From: Seison nebaliae
Lineage: Eukaryota
Assembly: GCA_023231475.1 (NCBI GenBank)
Contig: JALJEE010001544.1
Coordinates: 62,001 to 126,000 of the forward strand
Direction of reading: 5' to 3'
Length of the DNA: 64,000 bases
Below the pieces are notes generated by a model that had not been told where the DNA came from, did not search any database, and saw only the letters and a program-made list of their open reading frames with translations. Shown here piece by piece: positions 13,650 to 27,800 of the stretch; positions within the stretch are counted from its first letter, which is position 1; each line of letters starts with the position of its first letter. The position numbers and the translations under genes are program-made.

Positions 13650-14766
13650 ATGGAAAATAGTGAAGTTATTTCATAATTTTCGAATAATTGTTCGTTAAGA
13701 AAAAATGTGATTGAAAGTTCATTTCAGGTGACGATGTCACCTCCGAAGTGAGTAGTATTCAGTCAGCTGGTGAAAAACGGTCGTTACCAATCGATCGGAA
13801 TGATGAAATATTTTCTAAACGAGAACGTCATTTTAGATCGATGCCAATCACTCAACAATACAAGAATGAATATGGTCACATGAATGCGTATGACCGTCAT
13901 AAGGAATTAATTTATAGATATGTTCTAAAAAATGGTTCGGTCAGTTTGAACGACGCTTTCCCCCAAAAAACAGATAAACATGTCCGAGACATTGACGTGA
14001 TCAGAAAATATCAGAAATTTGTTTATGATGATAGTGATGAGGAAGTGGACGACGATGATGATAATGATGAGGAGATGGAGAAGAAAGAATACAGGAAATG
14101 GTGCAGGAAATTAGCGAAACGATATTGGAATAAATTATTTAAAGAATATTGTATTTGTGATTTGACTCAGTACAAGACGAATAGAATTGGAATGAGATGG
14201 AGGACCGAAAAGGAAGTTGTTAATGGCAAAGGACAATTCATCTGTTCCAACAAGAAATGTCAAATCAATAATTCGTTATTGTCATGGGAAATTAATTTTG
14301 GTTATATGGAATATCATCAGAAAAAGAATGAATTAGTCAAATTAAGTTTCAGTTTATTTCTTCTTTTTCTTAAATGGAATTGTTGAAGGATTATGTTCGG
14401 CATGTTCGAAGAAATTAAATTATCATCATCAACGACGATGTGTATCCAAGTTAACGGAAGTTCATTCTATTTCCCAGGAATCATCTTCGACCGATGAGCA
14501 ATGTGAAAAGAAAGAAAGTGAAAAAGATACAAATGAGAAAGAAGATTCAAATGAAAAAAATGAGGAAAAAGATTCAGAAGAAAAAAAGGAAGAAATCGAA
14601 GACAAGTCGAATGATATTTGGGACAAACAAGCAGAAGAAGAATTGAATGACGAAGATGATTCGAAAAGGAGAAAGTTATTTTTTTGAAATTTAACAAATC
14701 ATTCTGTTATGTTTTATTAGGATGGAAGACGAAATGAATGAATTCTTATCCGATTTATTATTATGA
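13650..14766 (+). CDS. FRA10AC1: FRA10AC1 homolog, 4 exons
   Basis: AYDRHKELI, LAKRYWNKLFKEYCICDL, IGMRWRTEKEVVNGKGQFICSNKKC, SWEINFGYME, LVKLRLCSACSKKLNYHH and C-terminal EMNEFLSDLLL*. Confidence 0.9.
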
Positions 14767-15373
14767 ATTTTGATTTTTTTATGTTGGTCAGAAGCTTAAA
14801 ATTTGACTTTTTTTTAAATTTTTATTATAATTATGAAAAATAAAATTTTTGTTTTTTCGAATTTTCGAAGAGTAACACGAGTTTCGATGCATATCGTATT
14901 CGCATAAATGATGAACATAAACTTTTTGAGTGGCTCTGTCAAATGTATTATTCGTTCTTCTCCTCTGCCCTATGGGAATGGTGTTAGTGTACACATGTAA
15001 TTGTGAAAGTTACATAGATGTGCATGTGTAAAAGATATACACATCATGTACACATATATGGACAATTGAGATGGGGAAGAAGAGAGATAAATGAAAAAAA
15101 AATAGTTTTCCCTTCATTGGCAGATTAGAAGAAGAAGAAGAAATCGAAGAATGTGTTAAGAATCGATTGTCAGTAAAAATGTTATCATCCTCCACTATTT
15201 TCTTCTTTCAGTTCTTTTAATTTCAAATTTTCTTTTATTTAACCTTCTTTCTGTACATTTCTCATCAATCCTTTTCCACATGTTTCATGTAATTTCTTTT
15301 CTTTTTCAAATGGTACACGGTCAATTAGTAATATAGATACATTTATTTCTTTCTCTCTAGTTTCCGTGTATTT

Positions 15374-15393
15374 GTGTGTGTGTGTGTGTGTGT
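15374..15393. repeat. (TG)n microsatellite
   Basis: Directly visible run of TG dinucleotides. Confidence 0.9.
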
Positions 15394-15699
15394 ATGTGTG
15401 AGGGGTGGGGAGGATGGATGTTTTTTATTAATTCGACCGTTCGACTGACAGTTTTCGTGTTCATTCGTCTATGGGGATATGGGGAGGGATTTGGAGAAAA
15501 GTTTCATTTCTGTGAAAATATATTTGAATTATTCGTTTTGAAAAATTTGTTGTTTCGTGAAATTTAAATAATAATAAACCAAAAACGACAATATATTTTC
15601 CTTTAAGATTGAGAATAGATTTAGTGAGGGACGAACTATTAATTTCATATGATTATTGTTACCTTTAGAGAATTTTGTGTTGTATCTTAGTGTTTGCGA

Positions 15700-17648
15700 A
15701 TGAGTAATCTCGTAGATACGACATCGGCAAATACGTTAAAACGTCGGTCGACAACCGGTTTGCATCTTTTTTCTTCCCTCAGCGAATTAATCATTTCGTC
15801 GACGACATACAACTTAATGTTCAATAATTCCATTTCAATTACTGACTGGGGACTTTCTCTGACTGTTGATATAAATATTTCATTTCATTCATCCGTTAAT
15901 TAAAGGCGAGAATGATAACGATTTGAATGTTTCTAGTGAGAAGAAGAAAAATCTTTGTGATGATTCAAGTTTGATAATAAAATTTTTCATTTAATCTTCT
16001 CCACTAATAGATTTCTTTCTTTTATTTTTTTCTTTATTTCCCTTTCTCATCATATCATCATCATCATCATCATCATCATCATTTACGTTTATCATTCAAT
16101 CAATTATTATAACTTATCTTATTTTGTGAAATTATCATTATTTCGATTCTTAATTTCTATTTTAAGTTGGTCATTTTTATTCTCAATTCATTACCATGCC
16201 AACGATTGTTGTTGTCTCTAATTAATTTCCATTCATCTCCCTCTCCCTTATTTCAAGTTAATCTTTGTGGTAAACAAAAATTGAAGATAACGATAAAATG
16301 GCAAGCGAGGAAACGATTACGGAGAACTTCAATATTCCCAGCAACATGGCTGGAATTGGTTCGTTATATCATTTTTACCATCTCTCTCATCGTTTCTCTC
16401 TTTTGTAGTCATTGGTAAAGGTGGGCAAACGATTTCATCAATCAAATCGGAAACGGGAGCTAAAGTTGAATTACAACCATCAACTTTTCAAAGTCAAGAT
16501 CGTCGAGTGACGATTAGTGGAACTCCGGAACAAGTGAAGTTAATAGAAATTAATTAATTTTTTTGAAATTTAAAAATTTCTTATATTTTTCAGTAATGCT
16601 AAAACACGTATCACAGCGTTACTCACTGATCCACGTCCGACAACTTCATCCAATTCCATATTTACGACGACTCTCGATATTCCTGGGAATAAATGTGGTT
16701 TGGTAATTGGTCGATCTGGTGATACGATCAAAAAATTAGCTGTTCGTTTTCCATTCTGTCTCATTTCACTTTCATTTCATTCATTTAATAGGAACGATTC
16801 TCCGTTAAATTGATGATCGTTCAAGAGAATACGAGTTGTAATGTAATGTCAAAACCTTTGAGAATTTCTGGTGACAGGAAACAAGTGGAATTGGCAGAAC
16901 ATGCTGTTCGAGAATTGATTTCACGAGGCAATGAAGGATCGGGTAAAGGTTTCAATCCCGGAATTCCCAACAACAACAACATGAATGGAGTTGTTAGTGT
17001 TTTCTCCTTTTTCAACTTTTCCATTTAATAATTTTGAAAGAAAACATCAATTTTGACAGTACCAGCAGAAAAGGCAGGAATGGTAATTGGAAAAGGTTAA
17101 TTCAGATTAATTAATTTTATAATATTTTTATCTAAATTTTTTTAGGTGGTGAGACGATTCGAGAAATTAACAGGAAATCTGGTGCATTTGTTGAAATAAG
17201 AAAAGATTCCCAATCAGCAACTGAGAAAGTGTTCGATGTTCGTGGAACGATCGATCAAATTCAAACTGCAATTCAATTAATTCGAAATAAAATTTGGAAT
17301 AATGGTCAAGTGAGTATGATGAATCGACAGGAACAACCATTTCCTAACGCCTTTTCCAACATTCAACAAACTGACGCATTTGGTAATGCAAAAGATCATC
17401 CACCTGATTATTCGTTGCAATGGATCGAATATTATCGGGCACATGGCGAATATGAGAAAGCTAATAGCGTGTTAGCTTCTTATAATATTGCTCATCCAAA
17501 TAATCAATTGCCACCTTTGACCACTACAATTCCAAGTTGGCCGAATCCCTTAGGTCAACCACAGATGGTTGTTCCCAACGCCTCCGGACAAGGACAACCA
17601 CCTCAGCCGCAAGCTAGCGCCAATAATCAGTCATATATCCAACAATAA
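15700..17648 (+). CDS. Psi: FUBP/KHSRP/Psi-family KH-domain RNA-binding protein (3 KH domains); 5' exons uncertain
   Basis: KH motifs AGIVIGKGGQTI, CGLVIGRSGDTIK and AGMVIGKGGETIR; KPLRISGD; C-terminal DYSLQWIEYYRAHG typical of FUBP/Psi. Confidence 0.85.
16053..16082. repeat. (CAT)n microsatellite, intronic
   Basis: Directly visible trinucleotide run. Confidence 0.85.
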
Positions 17649-19624
17649 TTGTCAATGAAATTTAGTTTTAAATCTGATGATAAACATTCAAATTCGCTAA
17701 TTAATTTTCATTCGATCTGAATGTCTGGTGGAAATTAATGGGAAAATAATGATAATTCTAAATTTCATATAAATTGTTTCTTTTTAATTTCTTTCTTCTT
17801 TTCTGGCGTTTTTCCTTCTCAAATTTTAATTTATGATTATTTCTATTAATCATCAATTATCATCTGGTAAAATTTATGTATTTTATTTTCTAGTTATTTC
17901 TCTAGTTTCTATCCCTTTTTTTTGTGTCTGTTGTAATCCATTTCTGTTACATATCAATATGCGATCGATTTACCATTTTTTTGATTCCATTTTTGTTTGA
18001 TAATCCAAATGATGATAATTTTCTTGTAAACAAATATTTCAAGTGTTTGGAAAATTTTTCTTAAAAAAAATTCCATATTAATATATATTAATCTTTTCAT
18101 CTCACCATAAATTCCACAAAAAAATTATTTATGAGAATAAGACTTGTTTTGATGATCTCGAAAAAAAATGGTCAATAAAATTTATTATCGAAATTTCATT
18201 TCACAATATTGATCTTCTCATTTATTGGATATCATCATTAACTCGTCTTTATATGATATATTCAGCAATATAGTGTAATCAACATTCTTTTATTATTACA
18301 AATTTTCATTAAAATCGATTTTATCGATTGAAAATTTTTAACGATTTCATTATCATCATTTGGAATTATCATCATGAAAATCAAAAAAAAAATGACAAAA
18401 AAAATCTTCGTGAACTTTCATCATCATCATCGCCACAACAGTGTGTAAAGATCTAAATAATTATATAAATCATTTGGAATTGGATAATTTTCAAGAGCGA
18501 TTTCCCGAATTCTTGTCAAACAAAGAAAATTATTATAAATTCATATCATTATTTGTGTTATGTGTAAATAGAATTGATTTTCTGATTTCTCTTTTCAATT
18601 TATACCGAACTCAATTTCTCAATATATTTATCGATTATATTATCAATTTCCGTTATTTCTGATGATAATGATGATGTTATGTTGAGCAATGATTTTTGAA
18701 GATATATATGCACGATGCCGTTTTATTTATTCATTTTTTTTCCATTTCAACCGAATAAGAATTTTCTCAACAACAAACAAATTCCTTCATTTTTCCTCAC
18801 AAGTCGTCCGGTATCCAAAATCATTAAATAAATTCGTAAAGGAACAATTCGTATTGATATGTTTTGGACGAATTACAAAAAAAATTTTCTTTCTTTTCTT
18901 TATGATCATTTCCTTCTTCGTTTCTCTTCAGATCAATGATTTCAATCTTTATCTAATAAAAATTTCTGTTTCTAAAAAAAAATGAGAGAATCTTCTAACA
19001 AATTTATTTCGAAGATGATAAAATATTTAGAAATGTTATTAAAAAATCTGCTTGTTCAATTTGGGAAGAGGAATGAAAATTAATCGATGACTAGTAGAAA
19101 TTGTAGATTAGTTAGAGTAGAAGTAAAGATGAGTTAGAGTTTTCATGGTATTTTTTATTGGACGTTAATCGAATAAGAAAAGGATGACAAAGAAGATATG
19201 AAAATAATTCGTTTTTCTAATCTAATTGCAATAAGAGATTTTCCAATATTTCTTGTCAATGATTGATGAGCAGAAGAAGAAGAGAATTTTTTGCGAATTA
19301 AAATATATATCGAGTGAATTATATTCGGGTATTTTGCTCTCGGTAATAATATAAATGAGGTAACACTTTTGAGATAATTTTTTTTTTGGATAAAATGTAA
19401 ATTGCATGATAAATTGGAATCATATTAATCAGATAAATGACCAAGTTATTTAAGAGAGAAGAAAAAGAGATATTTGTTTTGTGGGAAACTTGAAAAAGCC
19501 ATGCAATAATTTAAAAAAAAATAAAATGATTTCTTTTAATCAAAAGTGGAACAATCATGATGATGATAATAAGTGATGATGGTATTGACTGTACAAAATG
19601 ATTATGAAAATAAGAAAAATAAAT

Positions 19625-22600
19625 TCATTTTAAATCGAATGTATTCTTATCATCCATCAAATTCTTCCTTCGACGTCGCTGTGATGGACATTCGAATATT
19701 TCAACGAATGGATTAACCATCGTGTCTGTTGGATTGAGAGTTCGATTTATCATAAGATCTGGTAAACTGGTGTTCGTACATTGATCCAATGGATTAAATT
19801 GAGGAATAAATTGATTAGAATATGGTGGCTGTTGTTGTTGTTGGTGGTGGTGGTGATGTTGTTGCTGTTGAGAAATATCAGGAATTTTACTATCGAAAAA
19901 TGAGACAGTTCGATGATGACTGGCAGCTCGAGGATTCATTTCCATATTTGTCATTCGAATTTTCTTCCTTAACAATTGTTCGGAATATGGAGGCATTGGA
20001 GGGGAATGGAGTGGATATTTGTTGAATTCGTTTATTGGATTCATCAGATATTGTTGTTGATCGGACGAGAATATGGATGCTTTCGTTCGATTCATGGTGT
20101 TCGGATGATATTTGTAAAGGTTGGTAGATGGAGCAGGTGGCGGTTGAGTCTCGTACGGAGTCGACCTTTTTTCAAAGAATATTGGAGACATATCATTCGA
20201 ATGTGGTTTGGAAAGAATTTGATTAACATTCAACGAATACTAAAAGACGAGGAATTGTAATGAAAGAGAATTAAATTGAAATTGTGAAAGAAATTTTAAA
20301 CTTGATCAACAAGACAAAGAGTATTCATGATGAGTTGATGGACAGATAAACTTAATTCACAGACGAATGATAAAATTGTTCTGGATTGACATAGCAATAT
20401 CTCATTCTTACTATTACTATTAGCTGAGTAAGCATTCTGTTGTAATAACAATATCAATCGTTGACAGAGTGGGAGAACAGTCTCCAAATGATTGATGAGG
20501 AATGCTTTCTGTTGACATGTATTTGGAATCTGAAATATAATATTTAAAATAAATGATAAAATGAGAGATAATCAACGAACGCATGAGATCAATACTTTCA
20601 CCATATTATAAATTCGATGTATCTCTTTCGTATAAGTAGATATGTGAATGATTAAGGTACCGAGTGCTGCACGAATATCTGTATTATTTGCGAGAATGAA
20701 CTGATGGAATATTTCGAGAATTGTTAAAATTCTTTTCGTTTGTTCTAATAACGGATTGGATTCTTTCAATTGATTCGTTTCCTGAGTATATTGCTTCTGT
20801 TGTTGATGGACGTATCGATCGTAATCGTTGTACATCTCATAAAGGAGAGATTTTAAATCATTATCTAATTTATCAAAGTCTTGTCGGTTGAAAGTTTTGG
20901 TGGGGAATTTAATGGGATCGGTAGCTGGAACTGATTTTGAGAGACGATCATTATTCAACTTCCTCTGAACACGTCCATGTTTACCTCGACGTGGCAATGA
21001 CGTGTAAGTGGAATAATTGGAATTGTTGGAAGGTCGTATATTCTGATTGTTAATGATATTGGGATTATATGGTAATGTGCCTGATATTTTTCGAGAGGAA
21101 TAAGTAGCTGGACGAAAAGTATTTAAATAATTAGATTTCTCCCTCAGATTACTATCATCGAATGAATCGGAGTCAGTATTCGGTTTGAACCATCCAACAT
21201 TCTTCATCGGTTCTGGAAATTCTTCATATAACATCTGCGTTGATGAACGGAATCTGGGATCAGCATATCGATATTTTCTTTTCGTTTTATTCTCATATGT
21301 CACTGGTTGTGATCGTTGATGATGATGATGATGATGATGGTGTTGATGATGATTCTGACGTTGTTCAGGTTGTGTTGCATATCGATTATTTTGATGTGAT
21401 AACATTTGATGCTGATCATAAGAACGATGATGATGTCTCGATTTATTCGATCGTTTATGATGTTTATCATCTTCCATTAATGGTATTGCTGTTCGTCGTC
21501 CTGACGGTTTTAATTCTTCGTCATTCCCAAATGAACGATTACCTGTTGCTGTGGTTGCGGCTATTGTTGTTGTTGTTGTAGCTGATTGTGATGGAAATGT
21601 TGATAAATCAAATAAAGGTGTTGATGATACAGATGTGGTGGTTGTTGTTGTTGTTATGATGGTGGTGGTGTTTGTGGTGGTGTGAAGTGGAGGAAGATGA
21701 GGCAAATTTGATGATTGATGATCAGCTGAGGGATTGATTGGATGCGTCTTCAATTGATTATCGAAAGTCAAACGATATTGTGACCAATATTGTTGTAGTT
21801 CACCGGGTAACAATATTAGTTTCTGTTTGATGGATCGTTCGTAAAGTTGACGGAACTCCTTCAACGAATTCTCCAAACTATTTATACAATTGAATAACAT
21901 ATCGCGGAGAAGTTTCGTTGTGGAATTGAAGTCGAGTATTGTGAAGAGTTCGCTCTGTAAATTCATCTCGACATTTGAATTCAAATTAGTTGCAGTAGAT
22001 GTGGCGGATTGAGGTAGTTTCGTCTTTATAAAATATTTCCTCTGAACAACATACATCGTATAGATGATAGATAAAATCGATTTGACGGTAAGGCAAATGC
22101 TCACGCTCATCAATCGCAAATAACGATGATGATGAATGACTTGGGAACGGAGTGCATCGTCAATAGTCAGTTGACAAGTTAAGTCGAAGATCAAAGACAA
22201 ATGATTCGATTTCTGTTGTAGTTGTAACAAATTCAGTAATTTATTTTGGATCAAATTCAATGATAATTGTATAAGAAATATCTTCTCTTTCTCATTCAAT
22301 TGTTCATCAATAAATTGCTGTTGTTGTTGTTGTTGTTGCTGTTGTTGTTGATATTGTTGCATATTATGATGTTGCTTCATTAAGAAATTATTTTTATGTT
22401 GTTGGAAATAATCAGATGTTATTTGTGTCAATTGCTTAAGATCGTGAAGAGAAATGCGATACCATTTGAAAATAGCCGAATGATGTAAGGACGTAGTAAT
22501 GATATGTAGAGTGAAACGTGTAAACTGAAAGATGAAAATTATTAGAAATGGAACTAGATAAATTTTAAATAAAATAAAAACTTCAGAAGATAATTGAGTG

Positions 22601-24852
22601 TGTAGTTTCATGGAATAGATTGCATATCGTTCATAATTCCGTTTGGCGTTCATCATCGTCTCGATGGAAGTTGTCTGTATACGAATCGTTTCTTCCGTTA
22701 TTTTCCGAATGAATTGACGACTCTCACCACAATTCATATGTTTCTTATCAGCACAAATCTCTTCCAACGTCTTTAAGAGAATACTCTTCTTGTGAATTAA
22801 TTGTAGAATGGAATGACGTATATCTGATTCGATTTCTTCGATCGTCTCCATATACTTCTCCAGAGATGCATGTGTCACTCGGAAGAATTGTGTTAGATGT
22901 TCGATGTTGACGATTTCATTCTCACGACCTGTCGATTGTTGATGATCCAGATTGATTGATTCATAATTCGAATTAATAAATGTGATGATTTGTTCGAATT
23001 TGCATTTTGAGAAGTTCTCCTCTTTCAGAAACTGGATACATTTCAAATGGACCGATCTCATTTGTGAGAGAATTTGTTGTAGTTCGTTTGTGGTCACTCG
23101 GAGCGATTTGATGAGTTGTGAAGCGATTTCTATTTCATTCGAATGATTATTATTTAGAGTGGAGAATGAGGGAGATTTTGGTCGAATGATTTGAATGTAA
23201 TCGATAATATGTTGTCGATTATTATTGACGATGTTGAAAATGTTTTTAAGTGAAATGAATAATTCGTCAGAATAATGATGGATACATCTCATATTCTCTA
23301 ACAGTCGTGCTAGAATTCCATTATTCGATACACTACCGGATTGATGAGATGATAAATTGAAATTATCATTATTCGAATAAATATTCACCACCTCCGAGTC
23401 GGACCGATGCCAATTCTTATTCATATTCGTCAATTGTTTTTCAAATAACGGTTTCTTCATGAAAGCGGCTGAAGTGAAAGTGAATTCCTTCATATTGTCA
23501 CGATTCTTCTCGAACACATTATCATACAATTGTAACGCTTCAAATAAATTGGAGAGATCGAATGAATCTGATAAATTTAATCGTCTCTCCTTCTCATTGT
23601 TTACATCATTTTTCAAAAAATATTCATTCTCATTACTGTTATTATTATTATTGTTGTTGTTGTTGTTTGTGTAGTCATAAGAAATGGAATCGACAACGAC
23701 TAAATGGAGAGTGTAAAGTGCATAGCGAATATATTGGAGAATGCTGTCACGTAATTCAATTGATAAATCGATCGGTAACAAATGATGTTGTGTCATTAAC
23801 GTTAACATGATAATATCGACGGATGTACGTTGAATATCGATTGGACGTCGAACATCCTTCACTGACAAATGGAGAAGAATCGGCTCTTCAGTATCTGTCA
23901 AAATATTTAAACGTTGAATAGATGATTGAATTAGTGAGTGTAGCGATGTGATTGATGGTTCGTCTTCCGTTTTCCGATGAGTATCTACACCTCCGAAATG
24001 CAATGCCATTTTACATGACGATAATAAAAATGGTGTGGTCTCCTCTAACGATTGTCTTGACATCGTCAACAACATGACGGCACTTCGATCCTTCAAATCC
24101 GTTTGACGTCCTCCACTCAAATGTGCCAGTTCGACTAAATCCGATCCGAATCGAGTGAAGGCTGTTACTAATGAATCGACATTATTCGATTGTTCCATCG
24201 ATTGTATCGATTCATTCACTTTCAATTTAAATCGAACGATATGTTTCACCGTTATCGCATCGGCCAACAACAACACTCTCGTTACAGCTCGTAAGATACG
24301 TATGGCAGATGTGCGTAACCGTTTATTATACATTTCACATAACGAATAAATATTCACATCATTCGATGTCATTTCCACACTCACATTACTGTTCGCCCAT
24401 TGTAACAATTGCATCAACTTCTGCATCGAACTATCCGCAGCCTCACACGCAACGAACATGTCCGCTTTAATCTCTTGATTTGTTTGTCCAATCGACTCGC
24501 CTAAGAAAAATGTTTACAATTGACGATCTCAAATAATACGAACCGACATTAATAAAACGCTGAATTGCTTTGCCCAAATTATTGACGAGAGTATTCAATG
24601 TATGAAGATTACGGGGATAATCAATAATTCTTTCTAATCTAATATCAATCAACGTTTGAATCTGAATAGAAAATTTGAATTAATTTTGGAAGAAATTTTA
24701 AATGAATTTTAATTTTGGATGGAATATTAGATAGAATATTTTATTGAATTCTTTAAGGAATTTTAAAAAATTAATTGAATAAGAACCTGTTTTATCAGTG
24801 GCTGCAGAGTGTTATCAATACTCTTTGTTTTGATGACAGACCGAAGTCCCAT
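19625..24852 (-). CDS. CTNNAL1: Alpha-catulin-like protein (vinculin/alpha-catenin family) with long low-complexity insertions, 6 exons
   Basis: IKTKSIDNTLQPLIKQ|IQTLI, AIQRFINV|GESIG, VTRVLLLAD and FGSDLVELAHLSGGRQTDLKD match the alpha-catulin N-terminus. Includes a 57-nt in-frame intron at 22525-22581. Start codon tentative. Confidence 0.8.
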
Positions 24853-27800
24853 ACCAACAGCAATTCCTCGTTCACCAATTGTTGTTGGTTGAAGTGAACG
24901 ATTCTCATTCACCAAAACAATAAGTTCATTTTTAATCTGATAATATTGTTCGTTTGGCTTCCCCTTACCTTCTTTCTTCTACTTTTCTTCTTTTTCTTCT
25001 TCTTCTGATGTGATTGTGAGTGGAATAGTTTCAATTCAGTTAGTTATCCTTATAATCATCTACATATGTGCCGATGAGGATGTAGATGATCTATACACAC
25101 TTATGCTTGTGCATACGTGTTTAGTATTAATGATTATATATACACGATATGTAAATATATTCATTAATTCTATCTCATCTAATTTGTTTGGTTGGGATAA
25201 GAAATCGGGATGGGAATGAGAGAGAATGAAGATAATTGATTAGAAAATGATGGAATGATCAATCTTACTTCTTGTTACTTTCTTCGCCTCCTTCTCCTCT
25301 TCCTTCTATCCATCAACCACTTCTCATATGAAAAGTTCAGATGGTTATCTTACGGCAGTTTTGGAGGGTTCTCAAAAAATATTCATATTCTTTCCTTCTA
25401 ACGTGTCTCGAGACTGGAAATGAATGCGATTTGAAAACATTTCAGTTAATCTTTTGTGTGTTTGTCGGACTGGTGAGGAGGGGGGATGTGGATGGAAAAA
25501 AGACGGAAAAGAATTTTATGTTTCGAGTTCGCCTAATCGATTGAACTACAACCAAAAGCATGAAGTTGATTGATGTAATAATTATTATTTTTTTGTTCTT
25601 TCTATGAACAGTTGGGTGAAGGAAAGAAAGAAATGGAACAATTGCTATATTTGTTTCGTTTTTTCTTCTTTTTTCGTCAATTCAATGAAGTAGTGAATCG
25701 ACAAATGTTCAAGGAGAATTTATACACAAATGAATTCGTTAACATCTAACTAGTACTAAGAGCAGTGCGCTCGTTCAATGTATATCTCATTCATGTAACT
25801 AGTAGTCGTCTTGCGTAACTGAGAAAAAAAATCAATTTGGAAATAGTGCAGATAAATTCTTATATAACCATCATCAATGTACATATGTGCATGAGAATAA
25901 TGATGAGAATGATAATGATAATATTCCTAATGTTAATAATTATCTGTTTGTCAAATGATAATGAATGGTCCTGACTCGAAAAATTTCCTTTTTCAATTCT
26001 TCTCCTTCGATAGGAGAACATTTGAAAAATCGGAGAACCATTTCTTTTTTCTCATTCCAGAATTTTCATGATAAACTTCCAATCTCATTGACGGAACATA
26101 TCCCACACGAATTAGTCAACGGAAAATGATGTGAAGAGTCTCCTCATTTCCACATTCAACTCAGGAAATTTCGATTAAGAAAGAAAAAGGACATTTTTAT
26201 TAGACATTAAAAATGGTGAGACGGTAATGATATTATTATTATCTCTAATACATACTTTCATCATTTAGAATTAGTAATAAAAATCTTCTTCGTAAGCGAC
26301 TACATTTGACGATTATGTAATAAATATGTGTCGATTATATGAAACAGATTTACTTAATAAAAATCATATTTTCTTTTATTGAAAATTAACAGATGATCAC
26401 ATGAAAATTATATGTCCGTAATTGGAAATATTTGAACAAATAATTTTATCAAAATTAATAATATTAACATTATAATTAACGGAGTGTAACATGTCCGATG
26501 GTGATAATGATTGAAGGATAAATATACGAATGAGTAAACTGATTCATGATTAGAGAATTAATAATTCTTTATAACTGCTAATAACTATCTCATATTCAGC
26601 GATTGCATGTTATATGCACGTTCTGGTGTATGAAGGGGAAATGGGAAATTAAAATTTGTTTTTTAGATCTGAACGGAAAGTAGAATTGATGAGGAATGAT
26701 TAACGATATTAATATTTCAATACTCGACAACAATCACTTTTATGCAATAGACAAATAGTAGCTTATTAATTTTCCGTTAAGTCAATGTTAGTTGGTGATT
26801 CGACGAATTCTCCTTTAATCTTCCCAAGTGATTATAAGAAATAGATGGCAGGATGAAGAAAGTTGTAATGAGGAGAATTTGGAGTATGAGGAAGATGAAT
26901 AACTGGAATTATTCGAAAAAAAGAAAGAAAGAAAATTATAAAATTTTTTAATAGAATGATCTTATCAGCGGCAACATATTAACACATAAGAAATTTATAA
27001 TAAGAAATAATCGGAAAAGGAGGAAAACTAGTTTCGTGGTACAATTACAATGCTATTAGATTTGGACATATTTTCTCTTCATTGAAAAAAAAACTTTCTC
27101 AACTTCACCTATTCTGTATATATGCATCTTTATCATTTTCGCATGTGTATGATTGCATATGAATTAAAAATGAATATAATAACTCTTAAGTTCTAGTCTT
27201 GGCTCGATTATGCTCCTTATGTATCTCTCCCGTTGCATACGTAAGAGTGTGAGTGTATGCGGGAAAGTATAGGGATGTGTGTGTGTGTGTGTGTGTATCG
27301 GGGATGGTGTAGTGTATGTGTGGATGGGTAAATATAGACCTCCGTAGCTGGTAGACTAAGGATGTGTGTATTATGTAATCGTACATCTACATACATACTG
27401 ATGTTTTCATTCGGCAATTTTATAACATCATTCCAATGCACGATCAACTGGAGAAGGAATGAATATCTTTATTTATTACTTAATTCCTCTATAATCAGTT
27501 GTATGTCAGAATGACTGATAATGTATAGACAAGGAACTGAATGAACGTTAAGCATACTCTCTCTTGGTCGAACGACTAATACAGATTATATGTTTAAATC
27601 CCATATCTTTGAGCACACACACACACACAAACACAGAGAGATAGTAGCTCGACCTTGCCATTGGTTTCCATCAATTAAAATAATAAATAGCTAAATTATT
27701 GTTGAACGAGCACAAATATGAATTCGACGTATTCATCCATATGGGAAACTGCATATGAACCAACCGTTCAATGAACTATTATGCAGGAGAAAAGAATGTA

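Noticed and set aside
18441..19407. Short ORFs between Psi and catulin
   Set aside because: AT-rich and F/I/K-biased with no motifs; more likely the 3' UTRs of the convergent genes.
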